A stretch of 63,756 nt of DNA, the filler included, from Octopus bimaculoides (Eukaryota): the NCBI RefSeq assembly GCF_001194135.2. It is 8 parts of 7 records of this genome, joined end to end, with 100 filler letters (N's around TTAATTAATTAA, not from the genome) between each part and the next. Parts side by side here need not be neighbours in the genome. Positions count along the whole stretch, not along the records: positions 51,676 to 53,956 come from NC_068983.1; positions 54,057 to 59,815 come from NC_068988.1; positions 59,916 to 62,071 come from NW_026383596.1; positions 62,172 to 63,756 come from NC_068986.1; 4 more parts are not named here. One strand, given 5' to 3'. The position numbers were made by a program, and so were the translations under genes. Shown piece by piece: positions 53,885 through 63,756 of this stretch (the first letter of the stretch is position 1; the number at the start of each line of letters is the position of its first letter). The notes beneath the pieces are model-generated. The model worked only from the letters and a program-made list of their open reading frames with translations. It was not told the DNA's origin and searched no databases.

Positions 53885-53921
53885 TCTTTCTGTTGAAGAG
53901 CGTAGCTCGAAACGTCAAAGA
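53885..53921 (+). ncRNA. Minimal hammerhead-like motif, core variant CUGUUGA
   Basis: TCTTT-CTGTTGA-A-GAGC-GTA-GCTC-GAAA-CG-TC-AAAGA: 5-bp stem I, 4-bp stem II, ACGT palindrome. Confidence 0.55.
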
Positions 53922-54056
53922 CTTTCCGTATTCCCGAGCGTTATACTAATATATACNNNNNNNNNNNNNNNNNNNNNNNNNNNNNNNNNNNNNNNNNNNN
54001 TTAATTAATTAANNNNNNNNNNNNNNNNNNNNNNNNNNNNNNNNNNNNNNNNNNNN

Positions 54057-54127
<71 letters not shown>

Positions 54128-54682
54128 AATCTCCATATATTTCTCTACTGAGAAAGTTGTTAGAACAAATTCATCAATATAAGTCGATTGCCCAAATCTG
54201 AAAGATCGTTATTGTTGTACCGATCTACGGTCATTGTAACATTGATTCTTTGCTTTCTACAGGTAATGGTGCCAATTCTTTTTGTACAGCTGACACAGAT
54301 CCATATTGTTTTTCGTTTTTGATTTTTTTAAATACATTATCATCACCACCACCATCACCATCTCATCATACTCATCACCACCACCACCACCACCATCGGT
54401 GTCGTCGTCATCATCATCATCACCATCATCATCGAACATTCTTTTACAAGCAATTTCAAAGGTGCTTATTTTCCATTTTTTTTTGCCTGTCTTTATTATC
54501 TTCCTCTTCTCTTCTTTTCTTTTTTCCGTTTTTTTTTTCTTCCCCCTTATCTCTTTCTTTCATGGAAAATTATAGGAAATCTAATTTTGATTATAAAGAT
54601 GAAGAATCGTCAATGAAAAAAAAGAAAGAAAACGAATTTGATTCAGACTTTCACAGTTGTTCACTTTAATTACGCCTGTCCA

Positions 54683-54761
<79 letters not shown>

Positions 54762-54958
54762 ACACACACACATGCACACACACACACATGCACACGTGTA
54801 GGTACGTACATACATACATGAACATACACATAGACAATTATGTTGTAATATACACATATATGCTTGTATGTATACACAAATACGTTCTCATGATCGTCTC
54901 AGGATAAGGGGAAATCCTTGACAAAATGGAAACACGCCCAGACGTTGATGGTTAACAT

Positions 54959-55014
54959 TCTTCTTCTTCTTCTTCTTCTTCTTCTTCTTCTTCTTCTTCT
55001 TCTTCTTCTTCTTC
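54959..55014. repeat. (TTC)n microsatellite
   Basis: Perfect run. Confidence 0.95.
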
Positions 55015-55117
55015 TATTCGTATGTATGTGTGTGTGTATATTTATCTTTTATCTTTTACTTGTTTCAGTCATCTGACTGCAGCCATGCTGGGGCACCACC
55101 ATGAGATATGTATGTTT

Positions 55118-55152
<35 letters not shown>

Positions 55153-56118
55153 ATATGTTTGTGTGTCTGTGTTTGTCCCCCCCCCCANNNNNNNNNNNNN
55201 NNNNNNNNNNNNNNNNNNNNNNNNNNNNNNNNNNNNNNNNNNNNNNNNNNNNNNNNNNNNNNNNNNNNNNNNNNNNNNNNNNNNNNNNNNNNNNNNNNNN
55301 NNNNNNNNNNNNNNNNNNNNNNNNNNNNNNNNNNNNNNNNNNNNNNNNNNNNNNNNNNNNNNNNNNNNNNNNNNNNNNNNNNNNNNNNNNNNNNNNNNNN
55401 NNNNNNNNNNNNNNNNNNNNNNNNNNNNNNNNNNNNNNNNNNNNNNNNNNNNNNNNNNNNNNNNNNNNNNNNNNNNNNNNNNNNNNNNNNNNNNNNNNNN
55501 NNNNNNNNNNNNNNNNNNNNNNNNNNNNNNNNNNNNNNNNNNNNNNNNNNNNNNNNNNNNNNNNNNNNNNNNNNNNNNNNNNNNNNNNNNNNNNNNNNNN
55601 NNNNNNNNNNNNNNNNNNNNNNNNNNNNNNNNNNNNNNNNNNNNNNNNNNNNNNNNNNNNNNNNNNNNNNNNNNNNNNNNNNNNNNNNNNNNNNNNNNNN
55701 NNNNNNNNNNNNNNNNNNNNNNNNNNNNNNNNNNNNNNNNNNNNNNNNNNNNNNNNNNNNNNNNNNNNNNNNNNNNNNNNNNNNNNNNNNNNNNNNNNNN
55801 NNNNNNNNNNNNNNNNNNNNNNNNNNNNNNNNNNNNNNNNNNNNNNNNNNNNNNNNNNNNNNNNNNNNNNNNNNNNNNNNNNNNNNNNNNNNNNNNNNNN
55901 NNNNNNNNNNNNNNNNNNNNNNNNNNNNNNNNNNNNNNNNNNNNNNNNNNNNNNNNNNNNNNNNNNNNNNNNNNNNNNNNNNNNNNNNNNNNNNNNNNNN
56001 NNNNNNNNNNNNNNNNNNNNNNNNNNNNNNNNNNNNNNNNNNNNNNNNNNNNNNNNNNNNNNNNNNNNNNNNNNNNNNNNNNNNNNNNNNNNNNNNNNNN
56101 NNNNNNNNNNNNNNNNNN

Positions 56119-56154
<36 letters not shown>

Positions 56155-56249
56155 GAAGACGATATACAAAGACTGTATTGTCGAATAAATTGATTTCAGT
56201 ATGTGACTAACATTTATTTTATCGACCTACGACGTATAAAGTTAACTCT

Positions 56250-56500
56250 GTGAAGGTGCGTGGTTTGGTGGCAAAGGTATTCGGCTCACGGTCGTAGGGT
56301 CATGAGTTCGATTCCTGGCGATGCGTTGTGTCCTTCAACAAGACATTTTATTCCATGTTGCTGCTGCAATCCAATCAGCTGCCAAAGATGAGTGTGTACC
56401 TGTAATTCAAAGGGCCCGTCTTGTTACATTCTGTTTCACGCTGAATCTCCCCCGAGAACTACGCTAAGGGTACGCGAGTCTACGGAGTGCTCAGCCATTT
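56250..56500 (+). mobile_element. Old family A-related SINE
   Basis: GAGTTCGATTCCTGG B-box and body GTAATTCAAAGGG...GAACTACGCTAAGGGTACGCG...GGAGTGCTCAGCCA. Confidence 0.7.
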
Positions 56501-57494
56501 GAATGTTTCCTGCGTTTTGCCTAATACGTCTTTACTCGACTGCTGGGGCCTTAGCAACACGAAGAATAAGAAATTAATGGGAGAAAGGCGATATTCAACA
56601 GATATCCAGAACCTTGCCTCTCATTATAAGCTCATATGAATGATTTTAAAATATAGAGATAATGTCAAATTTTAGTGAGAAAATAACAGATCTTGATAGT
56701 AATGAAGAGCATATATGAAATCGACTGCCGTTTGTATTAATTCAGCTTTGCATGTCAAAAGGAGCTTTAAAACATGCAATAGCTTAAAGAGTTGCCCACA
56801 CTGATTTCTGCTTTCTCTAACCAAGTTACTTCGTCAAATGTAATGGATTGCGTGACTGATTATGTATATTAATAAACAGACATACATAACCTCATACACT
56901 CATACATATGCACTGAAATAGATAGATATTTAGTGTATTTGATCACGTTAAATTTAAAATATATCCACATAATTTGGTATGAGGAAAATAACGCTAGCTA
57001 TCGATTTATCTTCTTGAAAATATATATGCTTTGTTAAACATTCTGTTATACTTTGAGTTGTTGAGATAGTAGGTACAATAATATTCTCGATGTTTCTGTT
57101 TCGTTACATGTATTATTTTGTTTTTAAACAGGGAAGGAAAATGAAATTTTTATTGATAACCATACTTTGTACAAACATTTCTGCATCTATTCGGAGACAA
57201 TGGTGAGAGCTAGAGACCTATAATGTGTGTGATGGGGGGGAAACGAATGCTTACAATATTTTCATCCGCCAGGAAAAAGAAAAATATCGTATAAATTTCT
57301 CAAGCAAATGGCTTAATTTGTCTGGAAGACAAGATGGAGATGGTAAGATTATAAATTGTTTACTTGATGCATTTAAGAGTAAATGAAGTTAATCCAACCG
57401 ATAATCGAAACCGGATCATAAATTTCATTTCAAAGAAATTAACAATTGAGTCTTGCGCTCTTAACCCTACTTTCGTATAATGTTGGTTTCAAAT

Positions 57495-57700
57495 TTTAGT
57501 ACAAGGCCGGCAATTTCGGGCGAGTGGATAAGTCGGTTACATCGACCTCAGTGTTCAACTGGTACTTATTTTATCGATCTTGAAAGGATGAAAGACAAAG
57601 TCGACCTCGGCGGAATTTGAATTCAGAATGCAGAAACGGACGAAATGCCGTTAAGCGTGATGTCCGGCGTGCTAATGATTCTGCTAGCTCGCCACCTTCT
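57495..57700 (-). mobile_element. Family B SINE, near full length
   Basis: GGTACTTATTTTATCGATCTTGAAAGGATGAAAGACAAAGTCGACCTCGGCGGAATTTGAATTC...GCTAGCTCGCCACC. Confidence 0.85.
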
Positions 57701-58411
57701 ACTGTTATATAATGCTGAAATTTGTTTTCTTACAGTTAGCATAAGACAAATGTTAAAGAAAAAATTGGTAGAATCCTATAAACTAAGCGAAAAGTTCAGA
57801 TGAAAAATTCTGTCATCTCTACCCCCTCTTCTACTTGGATTTTGGTCCCACCCCCCTGGTCAGTTGGAGACTCCATGACCCANNNNNNNNNNNNNNNNNN
57901 NNNNNNNNNNNNNNNNNNNNNNNNNNNNNNNNNNNNNNNNNNNNNNNNNNNNNNNNNNNNNNNNNNNNNNNNNNNNNNNNNNNNNNNNNNNNNNNNNNNN
58001 NNNNNNNNNNNNNNNNNNNNNNNNNNNNNNNNNNNNNNNNNNNNNNNNNNNNNNNNNNNNNNNNNNNNNNNNNNNNNNNNNNNNNNNNNNNNNNNNNNNN
58101 NNNNNNNNNNNNNNNNNNNNNNNNNNNNNNNNNNNNNNNNNNNNNNNNNNNNNNNNNNNNNNNNNNNNNNNNNNNNNNNNNNNNNNNNNNNNNNNNNNNN
58201 NNNNNNNNNNNNNNNNNNNNNNNNNNNNNNNNNNNNNNNNNNNNNNNNNNNNNNNNNNNNNNNNNNNNNNNNNNNNNNNNNNNNNNNNNNNNNNNNNNNN
58301 NNNNNNNNNNNNNNNNNNNNNNNNNNNNNNNNNNNNNNNNNNNNNNNNNNNNNNNNNNNNNNNNNNNNNNNNNNNNNNNNNNNNNNNNNNNNNNNNNNNN
58401 NNNNNNNNNNN

Positions 58412-58535
58412 GACAAAAGAGACCGATAGAATAAGTACTAGGCTTACAAAGAATAAGTCTTGGGGTTGATTTGCTCGACTAAAGGCGGTGCTCCAGCATG
58501 GCCGCAGTCAAATGACTGAAACAAGTAAAAGAGTA
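58412..58535 (+). mobile_element. Family C SINE tail
   Basis: GACCGATAGAATAAGTACTAGGCTTACAAAGAATAAG...GGCGGTGCTCCAGCATGGCCGCAGTC. Confidence 0.85.
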
Positions 58536-59084
58536 AGAGAGTATACATACATACATACATACATAGACAGACAGACAGACATGCATACATACATGCATGT
58601 GTGTGTGTGTGTGTCTGTGTGTGTGTGTTTACTTACGTATAAACAAATTTGTATGTGTATGTGTGTATTGCGTTTTTATTTATGGATGCGTGTATATACG
58701 TGTGTATGCGTGTATGTACATATGTATGAAATATGTTTATGTATGTATGTGTAAGAATAGGCATCTATATATGAAATTAATATCTTTTCAAATATATTCC
58801 ATTTACTATAACTGAAATATCTAATGGTGGGAAATTATATCTCAGATTTCTGAATAGATCAACTTACGTTGAACGGAAATTTAGATACATATTTTTTTTC
58901 AGATATACGGAAAACAATTCAATAATTTCGCTTTCCTGAAAATACTTGGAATGACAACTGGAGATGCAGTTTGTGATTATTTTTTGCAACAAAAAAAAAT
59001 AATATAAAGTTCGGATTTTTTTCTGTTTTCACATTTATTTATCCATTTATTCGTCCACCTATCCATTCATTAAAATACACATGT

Positions 59085-59126
<42 letters not shown>

Positions 59127-59254
59127 TCCCTCTGGTGTATATATTCAAGTATAAGGTATTTCGCTTCGGTTAATTTATGCTTGCACTAACACGCTATCTT
59201 AAACATAGGTTTGAAACAGTGAAATGTACTCATATACATATACATATATTCTTT

Positions 59255-59470
59255 GCAAGTCCAGCACTTATGCTATCGTTCACTTTTGCCGAACCACTAG
59301 GATACGGGGACGTAAACACACTAACATCGGTTGTCAAGCGATGATGGGGGACAAACATAGAGACACACACACACACACACACACACGTACACAAATATAC
59401 AAACACACACATATATATATACACACGACGAGCCTCTTTCAGCTTCCTTCTGCCAAATGCCACCACACAG
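59255..59470 (-). mobile_element. Family C SINE middle part
   Basis: TTTTGCCGAACCACTAGG..ACGGGGACGTAAACACACTAACATCGGTTGTCAAGCGATG followed by (CA)n. Confidence 0.75.
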
Positions 59471-59915
59471 CCACTTCTGCGCCTATATATATATATATTA
59501 ATCTACCATAAGTATTAAAAAAAAAAAAAAACAGCATCATTGCCATCATTATAATCAGCATTCCTGTTACTATTCAAACAATTCTTTCGTTAAATTCATC
59601 CAAGTCCTCGTTTGATTGTCGCTAAATTGACCAGAGGAAAAGACAGCTTCGTTCAGCGTTCTGCTGCTAAAGCACGCTGCAACATCACACGGATTGTTTG
59701 GGGAAAACCTACACGTGACTTTATATGTGCGTTCGGTGGTATTTATAAAAATTTTTTGTTGAGCATATGTACGTATTTTCTTGTGCTCTTGTGCTAGTTT
59801 TCAGCAATTCACACANNNNNNNNNNNNNNNNNNNNNNNNNNNNNNNNNNNNNNNNNNNNTTAATTAATTAANNNNNNNNNNNNNNNNNNNNNNNNNNNNN
59901 NNNNNNNNNNNNNNN

Positions 59916-60389
59916 CAAGTAAACTCAAAAGAGATCTGAGGAAGAATGTAATGATTGAGAAGGTGAATGACAATGACCTTTTTGTTTGCTCAGTCTGTGA
60001 CAGACAATACCTGTCTTTGGCTGGCCTCAAATCTCATCTGCGAATGCATGGAAAACGAACCTCCACCAACTATTCTGACTATATGTCTGTGCACACCTTT
60101 GAATGCAGTGTATGCCAGAAGGTTTGCAAATCCAACGGAGGTCTCAAAAGACATGTTANNNNNNNNNNAAGGTTTGCAAATCCAACGGAGGTCTCAAAAG
60201 ACATGTTAAGATCCACAAAGAGCAGAACTTATCTGCAGGTATTGGTGGTCCAAATCAGAGGTGCAATCTATGTGGGTGTCTTTTCTTTTCAGAACATTGT
60301 TTGATTTAAAAGCCACATCCGACACCATGATGATGTTAAGGTGTAGGTACAGGAGGTGGTCAAACTCTGTATAAGGAGTAGACAACCAC

Positions 60390-60395
<6 letters not shown>
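59916..60395 (+). mobile_element. Coding fragment with three C2H2 zinc fingers (third disrupted), most likely an RTE-like LINE 3' end
   Basis: CSVCDRQYLSLAGLKSHLRMH and CSVCQKVCKSNGGLKRHVKIH (CX2CX12HX3H), then CNLC...FKSHIRHH with frameshift and stop; no TGEKP linkers; short tail, then (CA)n. Confidence 0.55.
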
Positions 60396-60438
<43 letters not shown>

Positions 60439-61425
60439 TTATATTAAGGGCATTACTATACATAAATATATTTATAGGGAATAATCAATAAATTTTTCCC
60501 TTATGAAGTTTTTCACGCTGACTACTTGATAAATTCTTCTAAAGATTTTANNNNNNNNNNNNNNNNNNNNNNNNNNNNNNNNNNNNNNNNNNNNNNNNNN
60601 NNNNNNNNNNNNNNNNNNNNNNNNNNNNNNNNNNNNNNNNNNNNNNNNNNNNNNNNNNNNNNNNNNNNNNNNNNNNNNNNNNNNNNNNNNNNNNNNNNNN
60701 NNNNNNNNNNNNNNNNNNNNNNNNNNNNNNNNNNNNNNNNNNNNNNNNNNNNNNNNNNNNNNNNNNNNNNNNNNNNNNNNNNNNNNNNNNNNNNNNNNNN
60801 NNNNNNNNNNNNNNNNNNNNNNNNNNNNNNNNNNNNNNNNNNNNNNNNNNNNNNNNNNNNNNNNNNNNNNNNNNNNNNNNNNNNNNNNNNNNNNNNNNNN
60901 NNNNNNNNNNNNNNNNNNNNNNNNNNNNNNNNNNNNNNNNNNNNNNNNNNNNNNNNNNNNNNNNNNNNNNNNNNNNNNNNNNNNNNNNNNNNNNNNNNNN
61001 NNNNNNNNNNNNNNNNNNNNNNNNNNNNNNNNNNNNNNNNNNNNNNNNNNNNNNNNNNNNNNNNNNNNNNNNNNNNNNNNNNNNNNNNNNNNNNNNNNNN
61101 NNNNNNNNNNNNNNNNNNNNNNNNNNNNNNNNNNNNNNNNNNNNNNNNNNNNNNNNNNNNNNNNNNNNNNNNNNNNNNNNNNNNNNNNNNNNNNNNNNNN
61201 NNNNNNNNNNNNNNNNNNNNNNNNNNNNNNNNNNNNNNNNNNNNNNNNNNNNNNNNNNNNNNNNNNNNNNNNNNNNNNNNNNNNNNNNNNNNNNNNNNNN
61301 NNNNNNNNNNNNNNNNNNNNNNNNNNNNNNNNNNNNNNNNNNNNNNNNNNNNNNNNNNNNNNNNNNNNNNNNNNNNNNNNNNNNNNNNNNNNNNNNNNNN
61401 NNNNNNNNNNNNNNNNNNNNNNNNN

Positions 61426-61427
<2 letters not shown>

Positions 61428-61520
<93 letters not shown>
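61428..61520. repeat. (ATT)n(GTT)n compound microsatellite
   Basis: Read directly. Confidence 0.95.
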
Positions 61521-62229
61521 GTACAATCCTTAGGGCTAACAAACAATTGTATTGATATTATTTAAGAATACTCAAACCATCATATCAATACTATATCTTT
61601 AGGTTCACTGAATTGGCAGAGAAAATGAGATTAAAATTTACTGTCAGAAGAGAGGGGAAATATGGAAAGATGTAAAGATGAAGTCTGAATGTCATAATGA
61701 GATGTGTTGAAAATAAAAGTATATAAAAGGATTTTATTTAAATGGTTCACTTGTCAAATATCTATCATCGTCTTTAAAAATAGTACTTCAAAATAAAGTA
61801 ACATCTCATTTGACTTTGTTTCAAGAGGATTTTGAAGTTGCATTGAATATTATTTGACTTAGTAATGCTGTTTGTTGATTATGCTGTTTGGTTTTTCCGC
61901 TCTCTCTTTTTTGAAAGATGGTTAAATTGTAAACAAGTAATTTTAGAAATTCAATAAATTAAATTTAATAATAACTGGGTATCAATCACATAAACATACA
62001 TTTATATATGCACAAACACACATATGCACACATACATAAATGTATGCATGCAAACATTCACACATGCATATNNNNNNNNNNNNNNNNNNNNNNNNNNNNN
62101 NNNNNNNNNNNNNNNTTAATTAATTAANNNNNNNNNNNNNNNNNNNNNNNNNNNNNNNNNNNNNNNNNNNNTATATATATATATATTAATTAATAGTAGG
62201 CAATGGGTTTTGTATTAGACTTTTATTAG

Positions 62230-62274
62230 GTACTACATATGTTTCGACATATCAGCCTGGGTCTCTTCAGGTAC
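62230..62274 (-). ncRNA. Minimal type I hammerhead ribozyme, canonical core
   Basis: Minus strand GTAC-CTGAAGA-GAC-CCAGGCTGATAT-GTC-GAAA-C-ATAT-G-TA-GTAC: stems I (4 bp), II (3 bp), III (ACATATGT palindrome); predicted GUA cleavage between 62234 and 62233. Confidence 0.8.
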
Positions 62275-62567
62275 ATTGATAAAGAAGTCTCACTAGAGAT
62301 TTTTAGTTTCCGCTGGCTTGTTATATGCCCATCAGGTTGGGAATGAATAAAAGCAAATAATATTATAGAAACGTAAAAAATTCAAACATGAACATGTAAA
62401 TCTTTCGTTCCAGTTTAGATAAAATGACCTAATCAGCTTTTGCTGTCATAATGCTTAGAGGAAAAAGAAAATAGAAGGAGAAAGGAAGATTAATACTTAG
62501 ACAAGTAGTTTCATGTTCGTGCATTTACATACAGATGGACAAATACAGATACATATATTTATATATA

Positions 62568-63090
62568 CAGCCTTGGCCAATAGTATTAGGCCACCCCAAT
62601 ATTTTGGGGCTCTGCTATCTCAATGTGAATGAAACTCATGCATATGGTACATTATGGTATATTTCACAATATACATTAGTTTTAATATCTGGTTGACCCT
62701 TCTTTAGCATCAGTTACTGCTTTTATATGGTTAGGTATTGAATCAGCTAGGTTTTTGCAGGTGCTGGGCGCAATTTTACTCCATTCTCCTCTTAATATTT
62801 GCTACAAATACTCTTTATTTTTAATCGTTGTGTTTCTGATAGCTTCGCCAAGAGTTCCCCATAGGTGTTCGATCGGATTTAGATCGAGACTTTGAGCTGG
62901 CCAGTCCATGGAAACAATACCCTGTGTCTCAAACCATTAACGAGTATTCTCCGCTGTATGACATGGAGCGTTGTCCTGTTGAAAGATAACACTGTTTTTT
63001 GACACTCCTGGATGCAATTTAGCAATTGATGGCGCTATAACATCCGATAACATAGAAACATGGGTAGCTGAATTCATCCTTCCCTAACAT
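62568..63090 (-). mobile_element. Tc1 (DD34E) transposase 3' fragment with right TIR
   Basis: VIFQQDNAPCHTAENTR*WF...DWPAQSLDLNPIEHLWG...IPNHIKAVTDAKGGSTRY*; TIR TA|CAGCCTTGGCCAATAGTATTAGGCCACC. Confidence 0.9.
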
Positions 63091-63411
63091 AAAAGCATTT
63101 CTCTTTTTGTGCCTTGTTTGACACACTCACCAGTTTGATTTCCACTCATTTACTTACTATTTGCATAAATACACATATGTGTATACACATACACACTGAC
63201 ACACACAAACAAACAAACAAACAAAAAGAATGCAGCTCTGATAAATGGACAGAGTCATTGACTATTGAAAAGGTTGCAAAATGCAACGAAAATTTTAGAA
63301 AAAATAAATATGTAAATGAGTGGAAATTGAACCAGTGAGTGTGTTAAATAATAAGGCACTAAAAGAGAATGAATCTCCCAGATGCAACATACATATATAT
63401 ATATATATATC

Positions 63412-63756
63412 ATTATCATCATCATCATCGTTTAACGTCCACTTTCCATGCTAGCATGGTTGGACGATTTGACTGAGGACTGGTGAAACCGGATGGCAAC
63501 ACCAGGCTCCAATCTAAATTTGGCAGAGTTTCTACAGCTGGATGCCCTTCCTAACGCCAACCACTCAGAGAGTGTAGTAGGTGCTTTTACGTGTCACCTG
63601 CACGAAGGCCAGTCAGGCGATACTGGCAACGGCCACGCTCGAAATGGTGTCTTTTATGTGCCACCCACACAAGCCAGTCCAGGGGCACTGGCAACGATCT
63701 CGCTCGAAAATCCTACGAAGGCCAGTCAGGCGGTACTGGCAACAGCCACGCTCAAA
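63412..63756 (-). mobile_element. Family D retroposon with internal tandem array, running off the window end
   Basis: (CAT)n tail, GGATGCCCTTCCTAACGCCAACCACTC, then repeated GCCAGTC...TACTGGCAAC...CGCTC units from 63600. Confidence 0.8.

Noticed and set aside
716-61542. The many ORFs rich in CV, YI, HT, LS, RE or X
   Set aside because: Translations of dinucleotide/tetranucleotide microsatellites and N-gaps.
7345-62127. TTAATTAATTAA recurring seven times as a possible regulatory or recombination motif
   Set aside because: Always centred in exactly 44 N + 12 + 44 N; a six-frame-stop linker added during assembly.
63596-63756. CRISPR-like repeat-spacer array (also the degenerate 17-bp repeats at 20530-20640 and the 11-bp triplet at about 18638-18673)
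   Set aside because: Eukaryotic context, degenerate repeats, non-unique spacers and no cas genes.

Overview
AT-rich, microsatellite-saturated animal genomic DNA with many N-gaps. The SINE and simple-repeat repertoire points to an octopus (cephalopod) assembly; this is inferred, not verified. Seven 100-bp spacers (44 N + TTAATTAATTAA + 44 N) are artificial joins, so the window is 8 concatenated pieces whose adjacency is not guaranteed. No host protein-coding gene can be called; almost all listed ORFs are microsatellite or N read-through. Recognisable content is decayed transposable elements: at least four SINE families, non-LTR fragments (HERO-type RLE x2, R4/Dong-like x2, RTE-like x2, one with three C2H2 fingers), a probable Gypsy remnant, Tc1/mariner/pogo fragments and MITEs, and a Merlin-like MITE with an 8-bp TSD. 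The most interesting signal is a set of minimal hammerhead-ribozyme motifs of the Penelope-like-element type. One (62230-62274, minus strand) has a fully canonical catalytic core and a self-complementary stem III. Another (53885-53921) has a CUGUUGA core variant and is fused to a perfect 174-bp inverted copy of nearby DNA. A 500-bp palindrome, a foldback mariner derivative and a few weak exon candidates are also noted.
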